Positions 50,579 through 61,768 of a DNA stretch of 64,000 nucleotides are shown in pieces. The notes below the pieces were generated by a model. It did no database searches. It was given only the letters and a program-made list of their open reading frames with translations, and had not been told where the DNA came from. Origin of the DNA: Trichosphaerium sp. ATCC 40318 (lineage: Eukaryota; Protista; Tubulinea). How positions within the stretch are numbered: position 1 is the first letter of the stretch; the number at the start of each line of letters is the position of its first letter. The translations under genes were made by a program, and so were the position numbers. Location of the stretch: assembly GCA_038496445.1 (NCBI GenBank), contig JALMLS010000376.1:248001-312000 (forward strand), written 5' to 3'.

Positions 50579-53500
50579 TCATTGTGATTTCAAGAAATCT
50601 TCCAGAACGAAATTACCACTCCGTATTTGCTTCATTGTGCTAGTAGTATATTTAGACGGAAAAAAGGCCTGGCATAATTAAGAAAAAAACAAGAATCGTA
50701 TACCTGACTACCAGGAAATAAAGATTGCTGCCAAACTTCCATATTGTCTATTCCAGATTCTAAAGGAACAGTATCAAATCCTAGATCCTCTCTCATATTC
50801 AAGTCAACAGCTCCCAACTCGGGGAAAGAGTATTCATCTTGATGGGAAGAAAAACTGCTTAGCGAATTACTATGCGAGAAAACCATATCAGAGAGTGGTG
50901 TTTGAGGTTGAGGCTGTGATGTTTGTTGTAAAACTACAGGAGATGCGCTAGTTTGAGGTTGCTGTAAAGGTGAAAAGTTACCTTGTACAGAAACGGGCAG
51001 GTTCTGAGATGCCATAAACCCAGGTGACGCCATATAGCTTGGTGAAGGCATAGGTGCTTGTATTCGAATTCCGGTAGGTAACATAGGTTGAGGTGTGTTC
51101 GAAGGAGATGATGATGGAGATTGAGATGAAGTCGTTGATTGCACAGTGACGTTGTGTGGTATTGGTGATTGTGCTGCAGTTGTAGATGCCTTTGTCCGTT
51201 CAGCAGCTTCATCTTCTTCAATTTGCTTTTTCAATAGTTTCATAACATTTTCTATTCCTCCCATGGCCGCTAGTTTCTTCTTTTGATCAGCAGTGAGTAT
51301 AAACTTAGCCAAGGTTGGATTACTCGCTACTAAAGCACTTAAAATTGGAAGCCTTTCTCTTTGTTCCGGTGAAAACCGGTATCCTGGAGGCAGCTGAGGA
51401 GCTTGGTTTTGTGCTTCTGGAGTAACATTTTGAGCTACAATTTGAGTTGTTTTTGGTTTTTTAGCAGGAGGTTGTTGTGTTGTCCCGCTATCAACGATTG
51501 GTTCTTGTGGGTCTGATCCAAGGGTATCATCTTCATCATTTGAAGACGAAAGTTCGTGTATAGATACATCGTAACCTTGCAAACTAAGGTTCTTGAGCAT
51601 TTTACCTATCTTATCAATATCCAAAAGAATCATTTTTTTTTGAGGTATTAATGTTGGTACAACTGGAGCAGGCAAAGGATCGGAATCCTGCTTAGTACTA
51701 AGAGTTGCGATTATCTAAAAAGAGAATAAGCATGTTGTGTATGTACCTTATGTATTTCTTGAAACGTACATTGAGTATCAAACCACCAATTCTCCACCTA
51801 AACAAGTCAGAAGAAATTAAAACAACAGCTTTCTATTTTCTGTGTTGCTTATGCTTACTTCTTTGAGAGTGTTTTGATCATATTTAGACAATGAATAAAC
51901 TCATTAGGGGCATCAATGCAAGCAAAAACCTAAACAAAATTCGCGTGAATTCGCTGGAAAAACTCAAAAAAATCACGTGGTTTGTTATAGGGTTAGTTAA
52001 TATTACCTCAAATAAACGAATACTAAGGAGCACTCTAACAAATGCTTCATTAGGAAGTGCATTCAGATAATTAAGAGCAACACATGCAGTCTTTAAGAGT
52101 TAGCGACAAACGAAAAAAGTTGGCACAAACCTTGTGAGCTTTGCCACGGTTTCCATCCATTAATTGATATTTACATCTCGCTACTAGTACGAGGACTCTA
52201 AGATGTAAATAAACTGAATCTATTCGAAGGGTCTCAGCCTGCATTATCCGAAGCTTTCATAATTAGTAGTAGGAGAAGTAAAGAATCGTACCAAACAGTT
52301 AGTTTTTTCTGAGGCTGTCATAGATTTTCCCAAAAGAGTTGATAACGTAACCTGGTATTGAGTTAGGTAAAGACTTGTTACCAGTTCATTGGGTACCTTA
52401 TGCATAACTTGTGAGGTAAGACATAAAGCAAGCAATGCTTGGTCTTTATGACATAAACTAGACGGTTGTCCTATGAAAAGACCATAAGTGTTAGTCTCGA
52501 GAAAGCGAGTATTTTGCCATTTGGTTTTACCTTCACAAAACGTCAATAATTCTGTGCAAATTTCGTCTGTTGCATTAAATCGAAGCAACCCACGCATAAA
52601 TTTTGTCTCATGCCATGTTATTGTATGTATAAGACTTCGTTCCTTTCTTGTTATGCGTGCTACACGAACCAATTGTTAAGCGCTAAAACAATGACATACT
52701 AAATTGTTCATTACTTGAGTTAGAAGTAGCCCACAAGGTAATATGTTTTTTGGCTCTCTTGATAAGCTCCATTGCTATCCCCATCTGGCCATCCATGAAA
52801 TACGCACTACCTCTAACTACGTTTGCGGCTAAACTAGTTAGAAAAAGACCCAACAATGTCGACATTCATACCGGCTACTTTTGGATGAAGTTGATGTCCT
52901 ACCTGCGTTTCAATCGATTTTGCGATGGTATCTAGTTGCAAGAACTGTGTTCGGTGACCACAAACAAACGCGCCAAGTGCAGCAACAGCATAAATATGAT
53001 ACGAGTCAGGACTAACTAAAAAGCATAAAAAAATCAGAAACAAACTAACAAACAACTAATTGCACGTGCTTTGCGCGTGAGATACTCTGTTAATATCCAT
53101 GGGTACCACGTGACCAGCATCAAAGGTGTTTAACGCATCAACATAAGTAAGCACAATATTAGCATTAACCTTAACAGTAGGGGTAAGACAATCATCTTGT
53201 ATTTTTGGGTACCAGCTTAACACCAACATTTGAAGGCGATAAAGTGTAGTTTACTACTTGCGTAGGTGAAGGTGTCAACCCACAGCGGTACTGTTTTAGT
53301 TCTTCTTGTTGTTGTTTTACGATTGATTCAAGCTCAGCAATCCTGTTTGAGTACTTTTTTCTGTACCCTGATGAAGCAATACATTAATTGGACTTTGTTT
53401 ACATTGTCTTCTTGCCTGGGCGTGGACCACGCCTCTTCGGTGCTATGTATATACACTCAGAGTCTGTTTTTAAACAAAATCCGCATGGGTTACCTTAAAA

Positions 53501-53634
53501 AGCGTCTAAGACTAATTGGTATAAATGTACATACCGCCATCGCATTTTTCATGGCGCTGACGGCAGCGTAAACATGTTTTGGTATTGTTTTTACTAGCAC
53601 GCTTTCTCTTCTTCGAGCGAGTTTCCGAAGCCAT
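50579..53634 (-). CDS. Zn(II)2Cys6 (GAL4-type) binuclear-cluster transcription factor
   Basis: Spliced CLRCRQRHEKCDGGNPCGFCLKTDSECIYIAPKRRGP; helical middle region; Q/S/P-rich and acidic C-terminus. Confidence 0.9.
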
Positions 53635-54260
53635 GTCACTCGCTTTGTGCTGCTGTTATAAGATAATTGATGGCTTTATAAGACTTAACGCCTTTTCTGG
53701 CAAAGTGCGAATTTTATATTTTTTATTTTACGGATTATCTTTGCTTTCTCACTTGCTTCTAAACGTTCTTCAGTTTCGGGTACAAAAACTGCCAACACGC
53801 TAGCGTCATGTGGAACTCATCACCAATAATTGTAGTTTAGTCCGGAGGCAAGCTAAAAACCAAAAACGCGCACGTGAGCTATACCACGCCCTTAATACAG
53901 TTTTCAAGACCTTACATAGGGTACATTTTGCGAGTAGTACTACCATTCCACGTACCTATTGATGTTGCCTTCGTTGCCAAAGTGCTTAAAACGCTATGGT
54001 AGTTAATGTCAATCCGTTTTTTAGTTTTTTTGAAGATTGGCAATGATGTCATCGGACAAATTATTTTTAAGTACAACTTGCTGTAGTTTTTTATCATGAC
54101 ACAAGGGAAGTATACTTTTTTTTCTTACGTCAATACAGTTAAGTGTTTATTTAATACAAGGATAATCATTAAATAATATCCAAGGTTCGCTTGGCAATAG
54201 AGTCAAATAGTAAAAGCTTTTTTGGGCAGTTTTTTCTCTTGTTTTTTGTGAAATTTCTAT

Positions 54261-55695
54261 CTACGCGGCGGGTTCTTCCTCTACCTTCTTTTCTGGTTCA
54301 GGTTTTTTGTCTTCAACTGGTTTTTCCTTTGTCTCGTTATTTGTCGTCTTGATGGATACATCAGCTTTAGGTTCTAGAATAACTGGTTCACCATTCGCTT
54401 TGAATGTAACAAGCCCTTTAGCAGGTTGTGATGGTCCTTGTGAAGCTCCTGAAGGTCTTCTCTTTGCATTGCTATTACTTCTACTAGCAGAGCTATTTCC
54501 ACGGCTTCTTGAAACACTATTACTCCTGTTTGATTTATTCTGTGACATTGACCATCTGTTTGTCTTGTAATCAATAATAGTATCCTGACTAACATCTAAA
54601 ATGGCTTTGAACTCACGTCTAGAAATAGAATAAGCAAGATAAAATGACTCTACAAAACAACAAAAGTTGGCCAAAAAACTTCGCCAAAAACTTAATTGTC
54701 AAATGGTTTTTTTTGTTTATGCGTACTCCAAGCGCGCTTTACGCGCGTGTTGCTTTGTTTTACCACTGCGATACCAAACGTTCAATCCATTTTGTTTTGC
54801 ACGCACATTCAAAGCTACGCCAATAACGCTAGGATCAGCAAAGTTTTCACCAATGGCGCCCAAAAGCTATTCCACAAAAATTAAAACAACAAAAAAATGT
54901 ACAAATAACAAAATGATTACCAGCTTCTCCCACATTGATGCAAGGTATGCGCTACCCTTCTTTAGTCTTATGGAAAGACATCCTCCGTTTGGATACATCT
55001 ATTTGATGAGTTATGAGGCTGCTTGGATTAAAGAATCCACTTTTGTGAAGAACACAATAACTGATAGTGTAGTATGATTCCTACGCTTATCTATGGATGT
55101 TACGTACCTCCCACATTGGTTTAAAGCGTTCTCTAAAGCAATAAAGAGTCCAGTTATTTTTAAGCTCGGAAGGACGCTTTAAATGAGCGTAGTAACTGGA
55201 AGTCAATTAGTATTTAGCACAGAGTGCGAATTTAAGCAATAAAACATTAAATTACCGCATAAACCCTTCAATTGTGTTGAAAGTGCCAAGTTTCGATAGC
55301 TGCGACTCGTATGAGTTCTTAGTTTGTGATGCCTTAGGTTTAACATAAAACCAGAAAGTCCATGATGTTTGTAACGCGTGTTCATTTGGGTCAGGAGGGT
55401 TTGGACGAGGCGAGCTTTGAGTTTTCCTGTTTTTTGTCGATTTGCTTCTCATTCGGCGTTGTCTGGACGAACTTCCCTTTGTTTGAGCTGATTTGGAACT
55501 GCCTCGCCCTTTTGAAGAGTAACTGCGTGGTTTACGCGCATTTGAGCGCCCCGAGCTGCTCTTATTATTGTTTGAGGCGCGTTTAGTGTCTGTGGATGCA
55601 TGGCGTGTTGCGCCTTTTTTCTCTGTTACAGCAGGTTGTTCCGCCTGTACTACAACTACCGGTATCTCAACTGGCGCGGTTGCTTCTTCTGCCAT
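54261..55695 (-). CDS. eIF4E-family cap-binding protein (class III-like) with long disordered extensions
   Basis: EHALQTSWTFWF, LGTFNTIEGF, FKPMWE, NGG, WEKL..GAIGENF and LNVWYR. Confidence 0.9.
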
Positions 55696-55935
55696 GTTGT
55701 AGTGGTTATATTTTCAATCGTGAAAAGAAAACTCAAACTTTTTCAAGTTTTTGTAGCAACAAAAGTTTTCATTTGTTACGAGCAGCAGTCAGAATAGTTC
55801 CTTCAGCTCTCCACTACTGCAAGGTACTTGCCGGTAGCGTCACGAGGTTAAGTTTTGCCAGTAAACACCAAAATACAACTTTTTTTTGGCTTGTAGACGT
55901 AATAGAGCGTGTAGTGCGTGTAGCGAGTGGATAAA

Positions 55936-58900
55936 ATGGTACAAGTTGCTTTTTTATGCGTTTTAACACTTTGAGATAGGCTTCACGTAAGGTACCTGCT
56001 ATACCTTCAGCAAAGAGGTACGAATAATCTAAAAAAAGTTATACTTACCGTGTCTTATTTACAGAAGAAAACCACTGCCACAGCCCAAAATACCACACAG
56101 GGTCAATAGAAAGCCTCTTTTAAAGAACTCAACGTCTGCGCGTCGAATGCCACCAAAAGCTCCTCAAAAGCCTGGAAAATCATTGCCTGGCATACCCAAG
56201 AAGCCAAAAAGCTTAGCACAGTGCGTTTGCGTAACGTTTTCCGAATTGACATTTTTTACAGGCTGAGGAGGAAACTACCTCCCAAGCGCCCAAGTGCCTT
56301 GAAACGTAGCGTGTCTGTCGCTCCCAAACGGGTACAATAAATACTGAAGTGTTCAGTCATAATGTTCTTTCAGGCGGTTCTATCTGCAGTGGTAAATAGG
56401 CGTAAATCGTTGGAAGATGTCTCGCCAAGAGGAGAAGGGCAAGAAGGCGTCGCTGTGACACCTCTTAATCTCTCACCACCCGGAACAATGTCACCAGCTG
56501 AAGATGAACCACCAATGATACCGTCAAAGCCGTCACCTAGAACTCTAAGTCAAAAGTCTCAAGCGACGTCTCCTGGAGCATCACCAAAGCTACCATCAAA
56601 GCCATCAGCAAGAACTCTTAGTCAAAAGTCTCAAGCGACATCTCCTGGAGCATCACCAAAGCTACCGTCAAAGCCATCAGCAAGGACTTTAAGTCAAAAA
56701 TCTCAAGCGACATCACCAAAGATACCCTCAAAACCATCACCAAGAACTCTAAGTCAAAAATCTCTGGCAACATCTCCTGGATCGTCACCGAAGGTAGCTA
56801 AAACGCCACCAAAAGTGCCGTTTAAGGCGGTTGCAGACTTGCCTAAGAAGTCTGCAACAGTGCCCAAGTTGTCTGTTAAGTTGTCACCAAGTACAACACC
56901 TAAGATCTCACCAAGAGCCAATTCCTCGCCTGGATTTTCACCAAACTTATCGCCTCGAAAAGGACCTGCAAAGTACCCAAGACCTGGTAAGAAGTCACCA
57001 AAGCGTGGTTTCAAACAAGGCCCAAAAAAGAGGCCTCCTAAGCGACGCCCGGGTAAAAAGGCACCTCCAAAAAAGAGAGGTTTCGCACCAAAGAAAGGCA
57101 AGAAAATGATGCCAAAAGCTTCGCTTGGCAAGAAAATACCCCTTAAAGCTTCTCTTGGTAAGAGAATATCGCCTGCAGTTTCACCAAGGAAGATAATGCT
57201 CCCAAAAGTTTCTCCAGCGAAGAAAAAGGCTCCAGGACCAGCTAAAACAAAGCCGACGCCAAATCCGAAACCATTTCCTGTGCCACCACCAAAGCCTAAA
57301 GGTAGGAAGGTTGTAGCATTACGAAAACGTAGGCCAGCTCCAAAGAAGTCTAGAGTGGGTGGTAAGAAGCAAGGTGCAACTGCAGCTCCAGCAAAGGTTT
57401 TGAAAGGTCTGCCTCCAAAGAAGAAAGGAAGACCTCCACGAAAAAGAGGCTTGCCTAAACGTGCCCCTGGATCTCTTAGAAGCACTAACTCTGCACAAGT
57501 TGAAACATCAGATGCACCAGTTCAGCGTTCAGCGTCTATGGGTCTTGAGACTATTGACCTTACTAAGAATGACCCTAGACCTACTCCAACTCTCAAGCAA
57601 GTTTCCGCACCAGTGGTGTCTTCAAAACAATTAGTGAGCGCTCAGCCATTGAATGCTGAAGGCATTGAAGAACGAACATTTGCTCTAAGGACTGATGCAT
57701 CTGATAGAATTGATCGAAAACGTTCTCAGCAATTTGTATGGGTACATATTGTAGAAGGACGGAATTTTGGTATTGGTAGAGTTGCTGTTGTGATAAAGAC
57801 AAAGAACGTTGTTAACAACATTGAGAAGAAGAAATTCAGCACCGACAAGCAAAAAGATCCAAGCTGGAATACGCGGTTTAAAATGTATGTAGCTTTTGTT
57901 GCTTTCTTAGGATTAAACTTATGTATTGTTATTGTAGATCAATAGCTGATCCAGATGTCGAAGTATTGATGATATATGCAACAAGAGACAGACGTGAAAT
58001 TGGACATAAGAAGATTCACCTACGAGAAAGTTCAAGAAGTTTTGATACACCCAACAAGTACATGTTTTTTTTACACATTTTTTTGAGCTAATTGCTATTT
58101 CAATAGACTTGATAAATGGTATACACTTGGACAAACGAAAGTTAGGGTTATTTTAGAGTACTTTGATTTACGTAAGTGCAACTATAATTCTTTTTCAATG
58201 CAAATTTGTTTTCTTGCACGTGTTTATTTCCAAGTGCATGTGCAATGGTTTTTTGTTTATTTGTGATGTAGGTTCCAAGATTACATTACCATCTAATGTA
58301 CAACACGTTGCTCATGGTGGATCTGACGGATTTGATATTAATTCAGTACCAAATGAATGGAAAGTTTTATTCAAGCAAGCTGGTATTCGTAAAAAGGTGC
58401 GTACCTCATTGTTGCATCTTAAGTCTATTACAAATAGTGAAATATTTTGTTTATGTTTATGCGTAGGATCTACAGAATGCGGATGTCGCTAAGAATTTGT
58501 TTAACTTGATTGAAGAACATGGCGGTGTTGTATGTCTTTTTAGTTCAACGCGTGTGTTCTTGTTATAACAATAATTTAGCAAAACGCTCAAGATACTGCT
58601 GGTGATTCAGAGCTTGATTCAAGCGGTATGAGCCAAGCTGCTACAGCAGCTGAAGATACAGTGAGTCTTTATTGTTTGTTATCCGTGTAACCTAACGAAT
58701 ATCCTTAGCCTCTACCGCCTGGTGGTCGTCTGTACAAAGCCATGACCAAGCATCCTTATACAGGGGTAATATTTATTTGTTTAATTTGTTTTGGTTGTTT
58801 GTACTGATAGATGTTTTAGCAATACCATGATGAACTCTCGTTTCCAGAAGATGTTGAACTTGATGTTATTCGTGAAGAGACAGATGATTGGTGGATATGT

Positions 58901-61505
58901 CGCTATGAGGAGGAAACAGGACTTGTTCCTACAGCTTATATTGATAAAATTGAAGGGTCTGAACCTACTCCAGCAGAAACTAAAAAAGTTCTAAAGCCTC
59001 CACCTGCACGCAAACCTAAAAAAACACCTGTTGACGTCAAGTTGCGAGAAGTAATTACACCACAGTCATATCTCAATATACTTATTCTTTTGATTAGGGT
59101 TGTATCTTTGGAGCAAGAGCCATCAGCAAATATGATGCGCAAGAGGCTGAGGAGCTTGGATTTGATGTGGATGATATTGTACACGTTGAGCGAGAGAAAA
59201 AGGGTAATTGGTGGGAAGGTTACATTGACGGAAAGAGGGTATTGTATAAACATGTCATGATATGTTCTTACTTTTGTTGTACTAGGGATGGGTACCGTCA
59301 ACTTTCTTTAAGAAAATTGATATGGAACGTGTAGCGCCTCTTGAGCAAGTTCTTGGTTTGTTTGATTTTGCAGCAGTTAAAGATACTATGATTTCTTTCT
59401 CTACTGTATGATATCTATTTCTTGTCTTATGAAACGATAAAAACTTACACAACTGCTTTAGGGTGATGTACTGTTCGTTATTAGTAAAAAGGGTAATTGG
59501 TGGCGCGCTCAGAATAAAAGTGGCAAGTCAGGTTTGATTCCTGCTAATTATGTCAAGCTACTTCCACTTGGAGAGGTACGATCGTTGTAGTGTATAAACA
59601 AAGTATGTAAGCTAACTTTTATGTAACAGGAAGAAGCCGCTATAGCCGAATGGAAAGCGGAAGAAAAGAAGTTTGTAGATGAGAGCAAGGCTGAGAAGAA
59701 AAAAGAAAAGAAAACAAAGAAACCAGAAAAAAGTGATAAACCCGAGAAAGAGAAGAAAGACAAACCTGAAAAGGAGAAGAACAAGCCTGAGAAGATAGAA
59801 AAGCCCGAGAAAGATAAGAAGGACAAACCTGAAAAGGAGAAGAAGGATAAACCCGACAAAGAAAAGAAAGCTGAAAAAGATAAGAAAGAGAAGACAGAAA
59901 AGCCCGAGAAAGAGAAGAAGGATAAGCCAGAGAAGACTGAGAAAGAAAAGAAAGAAAAGCCTGAGAAGGTAAAGAAAGATAAACCAGAGAAGGAGAAGAA
60001 GGATAAACCAGAGAAGACCAAAAAGGAAAAGAAGAAGGATGCTGATGAAGAAGCACCAAAGTCAGTAAAGAAGCTTAGTTCAAGAAAATCAAAGAGAGAC
60101 GTTAAAAGATCTGAGTCTACTTCATCATCGAGCTTCTTTAAGATTTCAAAGAAGCGTGGCGCAAGTGTTAGTACCATAAAGAAGCAGAAGGCTACCGGTA
60201 CACCAAGGGAGGTTGATGATGAAGAATCTTCATCATCAAGCAGCTCTAAGAAGTCCTCCAGGAAACTCAAGAGCTCTGGCGCACCAAAGAAGCATAAGAG
60301 ATCTGTTAGTACTAGTAGTACTACTAAGGATATATCAAAATCGAAGTCAAAGAAATCAGTAAAGAAAAAGTCTCCAAGAAAGCCAACTGGGTCTAAGACT
60401 GAAAGTGAACCTGAACCTGATACTAAACCGAAAAGTAAAGCTACACAAGCTAAAGAAGAAGAAGAAGCTATCGTGTGGCCTATTAGCGAGAAATGGGAGG
60501 CGGAATTTGATTTTAATGGTGAAGTAGGCGAACTAAGTTTCGCTGAAGGTGACATTATCACTATTCTTCACATGTACGATGGAGATGATTGGTGGCAAGG
60601 TAACCTTTCTGTTAAAACAAAACTTTGTTATTTTAACGAAACAAAAAGGTCGTAGTTCAGATGGCACGGAAGGATTAGTACCAAAGAACTATTTCAAAGC
60701 CGTACGGACAAAAAGAAAACAGAACTTTGTTTGAGAAAAAAAAAGTCAAACACTTTCTCTTTTGTTTGAATTCAATTCTTTTTATTAACCCTTTTGTACA
60801 AGTGTGCATCACCTGAAGTACCCTTACCCACTGTGTACGTCTATTTACGTAATTTCTAGCCACTTACCTTGTTTTAGGCCGATCCCAAAGCCTATTGTAG
60901 CTGCGCCTATCCCACCACCTTTGGTTATTCCAGAGACGATTCCTGTGCCTCCACCGATTTCCCCTACAGCTCCTAGTAAAGTAAGTTTGTTGTGTACGTG
61001 CATTGTTTTATTGCTAACAAACTCATTTAAGGCACCTCCTTTAAGTCCAATGAGCCCTAAAATCCCGGATATGCCAGATCCAGGTGCCGATGAACATGAG
61101 CCTATAAAGAGTGCACCTACGTTACCTAATCCCCCTGATGTTCCAACATCACCTACACCAACAGCATCAGCGCCTAAGCCAAGTACGTTCTAAGAACATA
61201 GATTTTATTAGGAATAGTTTTTCATGTTTCTCTTTTTTTTGTAGAGAACGCGCAACCTCCTGGTCGTATGTCTATGTTAGAGCAGATTAAATCTGCAAAA
61301 AAGGGACAACTCAAGAGTGCTAAAGCACGTGAGACAGGTCCTGCATTGAAAGATACAACTGGTTTGGCCGGTTTACTGAAGACTGCTATGGAGCAAATGA
61401 GGTAAGATTTTTTTAGTTAGCAGGTGAGGTTAAGTACTTATTACTCACAGGGACGCTATTGATAATGAAGAAGATCTAGAAGATGATGAAGACTGGAGTG
61501 TATAG
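55936..61505 (+). CDS. Large WASP-like actin regulator: Pro/Lys-rich - C2 - CRIB/GBD - 3xSH3 - KE repeat - SH3 - polyPro - WH2/C/A
   Basis: C2 (VHIVEGRN..DPSWNTRF); GBD (ITLPSNVQHVAH..VPNEWKVLFKQAGIRKKDL); four SH3 domains with WW..GLVP..Y signatures; C-terminus GRMSMLEQIKS..LKS..LAGLLKTAMEQMRDAI..EDDEDWSV. Confidence 0.88.
56518..56790 (+). repeat. Coding tandem repeat of about 72 nt (PSKPSARTLSQKSQATSPGASPKL), about 4 copies
   Basis: Visible in both DNA and translation; the third copy is shortened. Confidence 0.9.
59690..60040 (+). repeat. Coding low-complexity repeat (EKKDKPEK)n
   Basis: Purine-rich repeated codons in the linker between SH3 domains 3 and 4. Confidence 0.9.
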
Positions 61506-61768
61506 ATACACTTTTCTTTTTTTTTTTTGGTTGAGAAGAAAGAAACACACTTGTAAGATAGTTCAAAAAAAAAGTTTAAAAAATTCACAAAAAAAAAGTA
61601 GTCTTGATTCGGTTAGAACCACTAACACATTAAACCTTGTGGAAAATTCCAGTACTGGTAAAGACCAGGTGAAAGTCGACTTTGAGTCAGTATTGTATCT
61701 TACAATAACAGTGAATTGAATTATCAATTTATTTTTTTACAAAGAGCATGGTGCCTTACACCTAATGA

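Noticed and set aside
56518-56790. CRISPR-like or non-coding repeat array
   Set aside because: The units are in-frame coding repeats without unique spacers, in a eukaryotic exon.
56754-57485. 243-aa antisense ORF
   Set aside because: Shadow of the Pro/Lys-rich low-complexity exon on the plus strand.
59548-60561. 337-aa Phe/Ser-rich antisense ORF resembling a membrane protein
   Set aside because: Reverse complement of the KE-repeat linker; its composition is explained by that repeat.
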